Positions 31,201 through 36,883 of a DNA stretch of 64,000 nucleotides are shown piece after piece (the stretch's first letter is position 1; the number at the start of each line of letters is the position of its first letter). This DNA comes from a virus (taxonomy: Duplodnaviria; Caudoviricetes): positions 1 through 64,000 of the IMG/VR virus record IMGVR_UViG_3300044267_003893; one strand, given 5' to 3'. The notes under the pieces were generated by a model that was not told the DNA's origin, did no database searches, and worked only from the letters and a program-made list of their open reading frames with translations. The translations under genes and the position numbers were made by a program.

Positions 31201-33416
31201 TTTCTTATCTCTGCTGGTTTAGAATCTGAATTTTCAAATGCGTTTGCTAGATCTACATCATTCATATTTACAAAAGCCTGTAAATGAGCTTTAAAATCAC
31301 CAGCCTTATTATGCCTAAGCATTGTATAGATATGACTAAATATTGCTTGATCTTTATAATCTTTAAAGCTCATTACATCATTATTATATGATGCCAATAA
31401 TGCTAATTGATTATATTGTCTTTGGTTTAGTGCATCTAATTTATTAATATCAAGCATGTCTATTGGATTGTTCCACATCTCATCATACATCTCAATTACA
31501 TTTTTAACATAATCTTTTTTTCTTTGAGCATATTCATCATATGATTTACGGTCTGTAGTATATCTATATAGATTAGGCATATGTTCAAACATCATTGTTT
31601 GAAATGGTTGAACTAAACCACCCATTAAAAAACCTGACATAAAAGTTTCAAAACTAACAGCTTCTGATTGCATACCTGCTCTTAAAGATTCCATCCAACT
31701 AGCATCAGCATTTTTTACTCTATCTTCTAATTCTGCACTATTCATATTCATAGAGTCTGATAATACATCATCAAGTAAATTATCATAGTAATCTCCTACA
31801 CCAGCACTAACCGCTTCTTGTGCTAATTCTTGAAAACCTTCTGCTATATTTGCTTTACTGTATGCTACAGCTGCAACTCCTAATCCTGTTAAACCACCTT
31901 TTAATCCTTCTTTGTAAATTCTTTTTAAACTTGTACCTGCATCTACAAAAGCTTTTTCTCCTGCTTTTGCTACACCTGCCTTTCCAGTTCTCATTATTCT
32001 TCTACCAAGACCTGCCTGACCTTCTTGAAGTAATCTTCCTAAAGGTTTGAATCCTCTTAATGCTGTATCAAGTACAAACTTATTACTTAAAAATATTATA
32101 GGAAAGTTAGCTAATGCTGTTTTCATTCCTGCACTTTTAGATGCATTTTGTAGTATAGCCCATTGTTCATCAGTTGGAGATTTTCCACCATTATCTCTTA
32201 CAATTTTCATGTAATTATGCTCATTAGTCTCTAACTCTCTTAAAGCTCCTTCTAATCTAGATTCAGCCCATGCAACATTAAACATTCTTAAATCTCTATA
32301 AAATCCTCCAAATGTTTGATTTACCTTAGCTAAGTTTGTTAAATTTTTTGCAGTATTTTTTGTAGAATTAACAGTTTGTATTGCTCTTGTTGTTTCAGGA
32401 GCAAGTTGTCTTACCATCCAATCAGCAGCTTTTCCTGGTTGTGTACCTTTTGCATAAGTATAAAAATCTTTAGCTTTATCTACAGCACCCACATGTCTCA
32501 TTAGATCCATTGAATAATTACCAACAGTTTGTCCTGCACCTCGTATCATATCAACACCATCAAAAAAATGTTTAAATCTTCCTGCGTTTCTTGTGGCTGC
32601 CATAGCTGGTAATGCGTATCCTCCCATAAATGCTAATGCAGCTTCTTCTACAAACATACTACCTACTATACCAAATGTATATGCACTATTTAAATAAAGG
32701 TCATTCATAAATCCTGTAACACCACCTCTAGTTGAAGAAGCAATTCTCATAGCATCTCTCATTGCTTCTCCTCCTTCATAATCCATTTTAAAAGGATCTC
32801 CATGAAGAGTATTTCTTAAAGTTCTCCAACCACTAGTAAATGCTGGTTTAAACATACTAACAAAAGCACTACTAGTTCTACTTAAATCATCCCATGCTGT
32901 AGAGTTTTGATTATAGTAAGTTTCATTGTCAACAAAAGGATGGAAACCTAAATCATTAAATGAACTATGATTCAAATACCTATCAGCATTCATTTGCTTC
33001 TTACCAAAAATTATAGGATTTTTCCAAGCACCTGAATGAGGTGTATCATTACCTATATTAGCAATTTGTTGACCAGATCTTCCAAGAAAATCTCTTCTAC
33101 CTTGTTTAGTTGTTAAATCAAATTGACCTGTTTGATCTGCAAAAGGATTTCTATTATTACTTACATTTCCAGGATATGGGGAACTAAATCTAGTTGGATA
33201 AAGAGGTGAAGTTTTATTTATAGAAGCTGCTTGATTATCCATGAACTTTATTGTGTCCATGTTGAGTTTACTATCAGGATTATAAGAAACTGTTGCTTCT
33301 CTTAAAGAATCTACAATATCATTATGATCTTTTGAAGAATATTCAATTGGTGATATATCAACTCCTTTATCTAGAGGTAAGTTATTTCCAGTATTTGTAT
33401 TTGTATTTTCTGCCAT
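16299..33416 (-). CDS. Giant (5705 aa) virion RNA polymerase-containing polyprotein of crAss-like type
   Basis: GVRIPSQDKHS...ELSGADFDIDKLF, with DFDID at 21192-21206 (the DxDxD motif of phi14:2 gp66-type vRNAPs). Also zincin YHEAFH (26562-26576) followed by SEEWLA, P-loop GISGSGKST (21075-21098) and N-terminal hydrophobic helices. Confidence 0.9.
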   Translation of the reverse strand: MAENTNTNTGNNLPLDKGVDISPIEYSSKDHNDIVDSLREATVSYNPDSKLNMDTIKFMDNQAASINKTSPLYPTRFSSPYPGNVSNNRNPFADQTGQFDLTTKQGRRDFLGRSGQQIANIGNDTPHSGAWKNPIIFGKKQMNADRYLNHSSFNDLGFHPFVDNETYYNQNSTAWDDLSRTSSAFVSMFKPAFTSGWRTLRNTLHGDPFKMDYEGGEAMRDAMRIASSTRGGVTGFMNDLYLNSAYTFGIVGSMFVEEAALAFMGGYALPAMAATRNAGRFKHFFDGVDMIRGAGQTVGNYSMDLMRHVGAVDKAKDFYTYAKGTQPGKAADWMVRQLAPETTRAIQTVNSTKNTAKNLTNLAKVNQTFGGFYRDLRMFNVAWAESRLEGALRELETNEHNYMKIVRDNGGKSPTDEQWAILQNASKSAGMKTALANFPIIFLSNKFVLDTALRGFKPLGRLLQEGQAGLGRRIMRTGKAGVAKAGEKAFVDAGTSLKRIYKEGLKGGLTGLGVAAVAYSKANIAEGFQELAQEAVSAGVGDYYDNLLDDVLSDSMNMNSAELEDRVKNADASWMESLRAGMQSEAVSFETFMSGFLMGGLVQPFQTMMFEHMPNLYRYTTDRKSYDEYAQRKKDYVKNVIEMYDEMWNNPIDMLDINKLDALNQRQYNQLALLASYNNDVMSFKDYKDQAIFSHIYTMLRHNKAGDFKAHLQAFVNMNDVDLANAFENSDSKPAEIRKRFEKMIKKIDQVQENYIKFNDKYVNPFDYEQYEEGTNLHAQEQIRWMAFEHAKMMFLFTKDTYERGVERMESILDKISANPAVTTMAANDIAALVGMSTEEGFKSAKGLQKEIDILTDEVAVAPVKTASKELKEQHKNKKEKLKILKEYRDTFLENKNYEKSGTKKQKVKKEDGSIVEEDVVEYSRRLTKAGKERIKKVFIKYLNHIAKTTGGQIADNDSINEAFEMIMDHTALKGRTADYYQASRILDNPTILNDIADRSAVAINKIWKHHKKKNVQRQKLTKFMDQQERGKIISELARKGIYTDVDDAQLFIKTGALPANWFSDENKINEITALDNPETYKTVQTVLRNYAKQKQAEEKVKEEESKDSEVVAEDVDLGDLDAADAIKEEEQYNAIDTEEDSNQTVAKDVNPLTVTSSKLIEFSNSDTSTNRILKKLYNNYTYAVNELGKTDLLDENNKPLDYSSWVIAAKGGAQILKARYHLHARYTFENLTKKRKKSFDEWLTANQAEQFFTNELNKRGLVAEEILVENVLDEIPEVEQVKKGLKSDEKLVETGDQYYNTGIKIIEKTTYNEENNQSRVHYIIRTIPDNKNAFFVYGGLKGAVDNLSEIYTDADPKVAKDKAFNAANWIKNNKPLQNEFFYNVKEGKEGKEKFITGEIVEDNKGNRYTVESKSRTVDSSGRLHVKSIDTGKSQVIDSGQFENEGWKRATDQEVEVKSSQVTKLQIIEPLKLYPYDYKSRPGETDSRDSITKENEQATLRNNINKKLQLLSPDQKDELVITIQKGDEFDDIMAVEPKDRAKLPGINKYPINPQLRKGASKYFVTIGTKDGTQLLVLASPQDVTLVDKKGNKIDPLTITYEQAQQLFRKGDIAHNKNINKQIQRNYAMAFAMEEVFGKLLEQSNTGSAVISLKKLRNEHKIVFDVTSDSPAFREVQREVDASTGKVKTTSVPGQSKIKELADNKFTLGEGTRTIDTSGKNREEEPYYIIWDQQIIIDKGGDPIESNKITNLPVTSKQDRRNFADINAKIADSMTRQGYDTTKSGRYVYFVYSPGLGDNGEYTAIQLKPAQKTFEQITALIHKLRDRMKITEDENVEVVNGERKVKDYSYTSLENDKLRHDLFISGKPGQHINFSINAYGDLEVAYINSKYLAKGQTKPWVVQKNYKYNYVNTILQNETGVQDLIRIINKDINKEVSDKQPHVADNTHAKISIQISGDNISFRESLPTNISAANNSFDFINKKTEAVITTQVRNNVQATLQSTDVAKVNIILNSTQEVERNKTEEESNKPINKGTDTSINSLDNDDYWNKIFNDGYETVDDDILEDIAKELAKNGEIQGDDKVADRKRYILEHPVVANKVEKLIKQVGDNIKDNESSNTSDASTDQTTLDEIDNLKEQSEKIYEEKYNEFLDLYGKEQLENGDNNPDYIADEGLREEQAMEAAENDPQVKALEKRIQDLDAQFKITEEFDGRDIEDINTFRKWLKDNLPSWITMADIDTLADRLQNQGITHGAFLMNLKTIGSRLQFAGQIYTSPETSFRYHEAFHAVFRLLLTNAEIKKYTKLGKEGLLKDLKSENKSIDEAIEDFRKLSPTYLKMSRKEAIDRMSEEWLADKFEEFKTKPKETKVEPEIKSLFQKIIDWIVSIFSQTSVADAEIEMSQLDTELHRLFKDIDSGRFKDVTTPEIGFNKFTKAVAESSGGISTPVYSIIKQDIITREYQVESVTRPGEFITRKRRILIPFTHHETDQLIKMTTALYYDLDKDFKPTKEQPSKDRNALIEKAVDMVIEMRRVSNPYYKQFSLSEKKIIKKKHKALLKDKTAIINGVKDYVAIGSRVENFLNTDDYLVENEDSESSYDANEKRNQQGQFKNVNELLRSMILTSSVEPREGDTFKNRVINPKDDGKKYKVKYSPDYIKVFNGLLKGLSGQKDSFKALKKMWMFAEYNEQTKAAVDVFIQHFFGPDGLKQMDKWVNGQGSVPTFKKADNARLFNLVMKAFYQFRVEYIQALRDVKSGNVSLISANKQTDEEWQLQIWSKEFDALLDEIRRDTFTGSGNNIAVKTNSKIIKKLQEFQNILNSNAPVDKATLQELGLEFSNFFRIRLGINLAPQYIEYSIAIARALDNQYAKDLVELNEGVPPINASVSADQKFSDIDSLIRSLSKGENLYNEADNENSQNTDPDQKKVTNAAQQDEGQAEGVYYRLQKWAIGNAAFDETVGSTVLYDSEGNYIYAHQVPSYHLEIAEEMNSEEGLRRLANRKGFESLKNNNLFNDERFKQLSLQGKLRIIRQLGLKDTSMKIKDGKLVEDKTLDVNTLPGRSFGNLTFNEFTASLFNMYGLHFNELTGKVKTLRYYDPATDTSNNEMAYNPLLIRVLSESNISDFQNVPMIEAIKKTLGPEGQTQFTDEYIDKWLKRIERKYNEIQYNYNRLANGERNEDDLEEGYNVIRDKKGFDITSIETVEETMSDVTTGRAYKFNYEVDGLLSIQKIIERQVSVDPEQVISIIGKDDIKFLTEGINNKKQKIFLKDKSIKGLDARNNATIIEIDGIEYYVRYEGNIQAQNSDLSEVLDGLGEGVQYSNQYDEDSGFVHKFDYNGAKYARRKTIANWFNTKDKTKKRYRIIPLEELKAEEDRQKRERDEDPLFDNQLKKHLEKNARNTKSPKTFSEAMDSYTDSKGRSGRDFIMEALMSQFNRFEDLMIHTNAIKGFDEKLLQGKLAYGTDKGVAAQALSSFGKMKLKTDDQSHNMKQIFFSNWLNTADLNEFYLGNQSMSLKDAVDAGKRAKMQNAGGASAASLVGAKEYGIEKVQKFGYITFKDPITKQTHNLEGGVSNGDRTDGQVYYTVNAFKHFWFGLGQLTRSQYELIRKIQNNEPVTAEEFFGQVGKNTLGYKQNKEYINAKKFVYGDGTVYLKMSMTILSPELDTWQDGPRKGQPKMNKMALYNMRMMAEEQERKTGKPMILVPETASKMTKRNVLNPEQASRMFNGTLDSETIDNAYDELDANFLRLQQVTPSNKDIIIEPIQIKNIITSEQSDATEVIFMGQTMTVGDIRGLYEYSIANRLKLNYIDRSNLIFDLPHAMSALQKSIEEGKATPDLQSFLDYALASLEASQTSGQLVEFFRKRKNGQNKYELNNPLSIQKYTELLLSFFQKGVIGQKQPGKSVVLMSDFGIKIYKKVEAIDENGTPIAWTVLREKQIEQKSQSELDKMNILEPEDNEQGIITGLKVGEYYIDRLRHDVTDWKRDEKGELIFDRKGNPISEGTVHTEFVLPPHTAEEMNLNPNEPIPDVIARQFGVRIPSQDKHSAVNLKLVDHLPVFMGSTGAFAYELLELSGADFDIDKLFIHNKAFYKKETEVQTKDISEAQGLLLPIGISGSGKSTYIDQLAADNSNVVVVSPDAIRRELTGDVSDQTRNKEVFKIAHERAAAAIRDNKLVVFDATNTQQYGAFGRLSLIQSIEKLADKSFRTYYKTFEVDPNTAMQRVQSAINNGVDRAKTPGFVIQRQFDQFEKDKNNLEGLVSIDEGIFYKTKTELKEYGKAEKLEDQFDEYMNYSEKEMMNTGSNLYYARIKFLSRDRDRQRRDGKDILISAENVNKEFNSYLLDSGNIIPGENPKELKQKWAEEKSKQTGLRYEYEFESDEFEPIYKERLTKREQLIGALNMLSLPTNKDDYKKFREENKRTIKLNNGQEFTLYKEPYSAAYSNNILDFKYLLLGNDSMSKPKGGRRQGIKNEPAVDTIFSDIWDSWENKLPKVYQRNRVDGYDPNNMLGQHKIYRDSKEGARNIGAVVPLNTIISWLKKNKVVLRNSNSSGESILLPRLNGHTYNKYGINYFIDPITGEEIKGKNATRIGDAMSQLISIMVDNQKNPYSGKLGLNKHAAAIMANGIGLGIDVETIALLLNHPTIVDAYERGNNKIKPEDPSPMGILLKYYNSFKDATGKDAWKQKLFEEAQELEVTDDMLIEHQDTLFEMEKEVADLTNKDRERLTDTMLRQKLAVIKQMLALNNIKTHNSLLIGVSQLEKGKMRDVNAIKDSQDTLNELGMYLSKKDYLETENPFPYNFLQNLKDPNTTVGASIEVFEHLSENVLPLLVVTSTAPFQKLENLLKDGLSHKLSRDVKQVTHTKISRDILSYLTIKAYMHQLSRVPKQKKGNFASQTLKALDNSLIYDQMGDDSSVRINQVVAKLEKYLKENKITNHFVKDFIKNQKATAKQNKTGANIIGTRNFQRLTPPQISAIVTSFLELQIDPNTREAADHMLHYLMVTHGLQNRYGAFNQAIVPILLSSYLEDASKVKDLFGDFSNIKTQEQEDARFKNIFGMTFKELAKDLARWFESSPDTHLLTKITKTIKASELKNPDVQLDLPVKTVSWDKVANKRAVIQANPQTLYVIPGILEEDGNRIGPFGEIKDYPNVIIIPVKKTLKQNYDSQDYDAAFLAIGIKIQEIVEKSDNYDSIAFPNKGIGTDLDPFFQINRNKNDQTTKLLTDLNLKLLGLFGYKNAKKEMKPVEGSTTKITIGDDGIENIEKGKQTLIFKDDSKLKKDKTDIKKGKTKLVKFGKKYYEVKYLGSKTLEEAGGQQKVLEGLGVKRIPEVNKAYTNLFTDENHRMHMFEIVGESETGPKKEMKDTTATVVSEGRVTSPLAFRSIGEKDEENTIEISIYYGTGRRTKYIKGKKRKVSMDKYKKNKKIKENAKRLRAFGFKTKKIEDDLEVVLFPPVIRVYEKDKGYTYYRYVGGETPFGTTEITDDIYDVDGGQNALYGSTASYERFVPYGSKYQWKGGFIFNVNIVDGKVETQPTQNELQENVKKNQRRTSDGIVIPDISQYTEKNTAIGDTDVSNVNVDNDGADFLLNKETGETTRNNSKNVEEIKKGMIGVVTPREGGKKATADMFSKAENKDATIKKNQISDTTIDYKELEAWWYGAKKNDIIRVAQGMNMSGITLKDFKNEFEKVKEMVNLPNYKIKDFMERIKDCM

Positions 33417-33423
33417 TGGTTCA

Positions 33424-36400
33424 TTATTGATCTTGTTGTTCTCCTGAATTTTGAGTTACATTTTCATCTCTCACGGCTTGATTAGTTATTTTTATTCTAT
33501 TTAAATCTGATATTGTCCTTGCTATTGCCTCATCTATAGCTTTAGGATCAATTGTTTGAGTTACATATACTCCAGGATCTTTTTCATATGCCCCACTTCC
33601 ATTATTAGCATTTGGATTCCAATATACAGGTGTTACAGTTCTAACAATATCCCCAGTATCATTCATATAAAAAGTTGCATCTCCTCCACCGCTAATTGTA
33701 GGTATTACATATTCATGATTACTCATTATCATTCTTTCTGCTGCACTAGGTCTTTGATTAATTGCATGCTTACTATTTATTTGAGAATCTAATTCTTGAT
33801 TAACTATTATACTTATATTTCCTGTTGCAAATAATTCTGTAGTCTCAAAAGGTTTATCTCCTTCTTCACCTGTAGGATTAAACTTTGCAAACTCATTCAT
33901 CATCTCACGATTTATACTAAACCTATAAACTGATCCATGTTCTGTATTACCATCTGCATCTTCAAATGTTGTAGGACCTTCTTGTACCCAATCTAATTGA
34001 ACAGGCCATTTATCTATCCAATCTTTTTTAGATGATATTGCAGGTATTAAATGTTCTCTTAAGAACTTTTCTGCAATTGGATCACTAATCATATCTTCTC
34101 CAAATGGTTTTTCTAAATAATCTCCTTGCACAATAGTAACTTGACTATCAGGAAGATTAATAGCAGCTAACGCACCATTGAAATTATTTAATGCATCAGG
34201 ACTAGGATTAGAATTTAATTGTGTTTGACTAATAGTTGAAGCAAACATTCCAACACCAAGCTCTTCATCTTGCCCATATAATTTATTATATACTGATAAC
34301 GTTGGAAAACCTGTACCTGCTTTAGAATTTGGATTATTCCAAACAGAATTTAATTCATCTTGTGTTTTTTGATAAAATCCATTTTCTCCTAAAATCAATG
34401 TTTCAACAGCACCTTCATCAAGATACCATCCTTGTCTTCTATCAAATTTCCAAGCTGCAGATCTAAGAGTATTATCACCAGTAAACATTGAACTAGTTTC
34501 CATAAAATCTGTATCTCCATCAGGTGCTATAGAATTTAAATAGTCCGCCATTACTTGTTTACCAGTTCTTATTATATTACCATCATTATCATATTCAGCT
34601 GGTCCAGACAATTGTGATATTTGAGCATCAACTAATTCTCTTCTTGATCTCATTATTGTTGGACTACTCCATACCGCATTATATAAATTATCACTATGTT
34701 CTAAGAATTTAGGTGCACCTGTATTAGGATCTATTGGTACAATTCCTGATTGTATAGCTCTTGGTAATATTACTTCATCCCATATTAATTTATTATAGTT
34801 TGGACTATTAGGATCCATAACTCTATCTTCAGGTCCTGCACTTAAATAAGCATTAGAAACACCTATTGATTCTAAAGCTGAAATACCACTTGTAGTTGCA
34901 ATAGGTCTGAATATTTTTTGTTGTTGTGTAAATTCACTATCAGGTTCTGTTCCCATTTTATAATTTATAGCATTTATAATATCATTTCCATATTCACTTC
35001 TAAGACCTACAGTACTTCCTGGTAGACCATTTTCATTTGAATATACATTTGCTATAATATTATTAAAAGCTAATTCTTCATCAGTTGTATATGAAGCATT
35101 TGGATTAAAATCATTTAAATAAGCATTACCTGTACCTGTTTTCTTTTCTTCAAGATCAGTATATATCCTTTCTAGAATATCATAGTTATCAGGATTATTA
35201 AGATATGATCTTGCTTCTGGATAAGAAAGATATCCTCCTTCTCCATCATTTAATTCTGATATCCACATTTGTCCTTGTGGATATGATTTTCCAACTTCAG
35301 AATTGGCTAAATATGCTTTCCAAGCTTCAGCAGTTGTACCATCTGATACCTTTGTTAAATTAAATATAAAATCAAGTTTACCATCTATAACTTCTTTATA
35401 TGTTTGATTAATAGCATTTGATGTCATATCAAATATATCAGCATCTCCTTCTTCCCCTGTTACATAACTTGAAGTTCTTACAGAGTTCATATCAACAATA
35501 CTTTGATAAGCATTAGGTGCATACTTCATTGAAAGCTCTCTTTCTTTTTGTTCTAATGTTGCATAATCCACTGCTTGTTGATGATTAAATTTTGCCCAGT
35601 TTAATCTAGTTGGATCAGGAGTAATATCCTTTTCCATAGTTTTATTGGCATATGCATTTGCTGCTGCTTCAAATCTTCCTTTCATTACATTTGCTATATA
35701 TGCTGATGAAGCTTTTTGTTGTAATATTTTTTGATTATCTGTAGGAGCTGCTATATTAACTAATCTATCATTTATTTTCTTTTTAGTTTGTAAAGCAAGA
35801 GAAACTTCATATTGTTTTCTCATAAGCTCTTCATCTTCAGATGATCCTGTAGGGATACCATGTGTTTTTTTATACTCTTCCCAATTTGCTAAGGATGCTT
35901 GATCTCCTTTAATACTTGTATCTAGTTCAGCTAGTTTTCTTAAATCCTCATCACCTTGTTTTTCTAAAATTTCTCTATCCCAAGCTGTACCTGCTGCAAG
36001 TTTATCACCATTAAAATTATTTAAGTTCTCATCAACATATCTTCTTCTGGCAACTTTTTGTGCAACTCTCATACCATTAATTATTCTAGGATCATCTCCT
36101 AAAGCATTAATTACATAATCCATTGCTATATTTTGTGTTCCCTCTTTCCATTCTCCATTTTCATCTTGATATTTTATTTTTTTATCAGTTAACGCAGGAC
36201 CATTTTTTATTTTAATAATATAGTCATCTGTCATTTGAAAATCTTTTACATCAAAATTAGCTTCTTCTAAAATTCCCATTGCTGTATTAAATATATCAGG
36301 ATTTCTAACATATTTTAACCTGTTATTATCAAACTTCATTAGATCATTATAATCTTGATTTATAAAATCAGACATAGAATAATTAATCCATTCTTCTCCT

Positions 36401-36819
36401 TCAATCCAATATTCTTTAGCAACATCTGCATTAGCTGCATTCTTTAACATATTAACATCTTTCATACTGTTTTTATATGTTTTAGTTGCAAGCATATCTT
36501 TAACTATTCTATCATCCTTATAAAAAGGACTAAATAAAGCTTTTGCAGTTGTAACATTTTGCGCTAAAGAAAGATCCATACCTGCAACTTGCTTTAATGA
36601 ATTACTTAAAGCATTAGCATATTGATCTCTTTTTTGTTTATTTTTTTGATGAGATAAAGGTGCATAGACAACTTCACCATAAAGTTTGTTTATTTCTTTA
36701 AAGTTGCTATCATATCTATCTTGCCTAGTAGACAAGACATCTTGTAAAAATTTATAATCAGGAGTAAATACTTCTGTTTGTGGTATGAAAGGTTGTACTC
36801 CAGGTAAATAAGTTGCCAT
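33424..36819 (-). CDS. Ejection/internal virion protein (1131 aa)
   Basis: The N-terminus MATYLPGVQPFIPQ...PDYKFLQDVL..RQDRYD...LKQVAGMDLS..QNV..A..LF.PFY resembles, from memory, the protein encoded just upstream of vRNAP in crAss-like phages. Gene order agrees. Confidence 0.7.
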   Translation of the reverse strand: MATYLPGVQPFIPQTEVFTPDYKFLQDVLSTRQDRYDSNFKEINKLYGEVVYAPLSHQKNKQKRDQYANALSNSLKQVAGMDLSLAQNVTTAKALFSPFYKDDRIVKDMLATKTYKNSMKDVNMLKNAANADVAKEYWIEGEEWINYSMSDFINQDYNDLMKFDNNRLKYVRNPDIFNTAMGILEEANFDVKDFQMTDDYIIKIKNGPALTDKKIKYQDENGEWKEGTQNIAMDYVINALGDDPRIINGMRVAQKVARRRYVDENLNNFNGDKLAAGTAWDREILEKQGDEDLRKLAELDTSIKGDQASLANWEEYKKTHGIPTGSSEDEELMRKQYEVSLALQTKKKINDRLVNIAAPTDNQKILQQKASSAYIANVMKGRFEAAANAYANKTMEKDITPDPTRLNWAKFNHQQAVDYATLEQKERELSMKYAPNAYQSIVDMNSVRTSSYVTGEEGDADIFDMTSNAINQTYKEVIDGKLDFIFNLTKVSDGTTAEAWKAYLANSEVGKSYPQGQMWISELNDGEGGYLSYPEARSYLNNPDNYDILERIYTDLEEKKTGTGNAYLNDFNPNASYTTDEELAFNNIIANVYSNENGLPGSTVGLRSEYGNDIINAINYKMGTEPDSEFTQQQKIFRPIATTSGISALESIGVSNAYLSAGPEDRVMDPNSPNYNKLIWDEVILPRAIQSGIVPIDPNTGAPKFLEHSDNLYNAVWSSPTIMRSRRELVDAQISQLSGPAEYDNDGNIIRTGKQVMADYLNSIAPDGDTDFMETSSMFTGDNTLRSAAWKFDRRQGWYLDEGAVETLILGENGFYQKTQDELNSVWNNPNSKAGTGFPTLSVYNKLYGQDEELGVGMFASTISQTQLNSNPSPDALNNFNGALAAINLPDSQVTIVQGDYLEKPFGEDMISDPIAEKFLREHLIPAISSKKDWIDKWPVQLDWVQEGPTTFEDADGNTEHGSVYRFSINREMMNEFAKFNPTGEEGDKPFETTELFATGNISIIVNQELDSQINSKHAINQRPSAAERMIMSNHEYVIPTISGGGDATFYMNDTGDIVRTVTPVYWNPNANNGSGAYEKDPGVYVTQTIDPKAIDEAIARTISDLNRIKITNQAVRDENVTQNSGEQQDQ

Positions 36820-36883
36820 ATATCAAAAATACTAAAATTTTTTAAGTTTTAAAATTATTTAGAATACACTTTTTAAGTGTAGA

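Noticed and set aside
7625-33416. Inteins or introns in nrdJ or the RNAP
   Set aside because: NrdJ has normal length with contiguous motifs. I saw no splicing motifs or homing endonuclease signature around DFDID, and the insert there looks like a kinase.
36865-36881. Inverted repeat TACACTT-TTT-AAGTGTA after the 835-aa gene
   Set aside because: AT-rich 7-bp stem with no good U-tract. It could be a weak terminator or chance.
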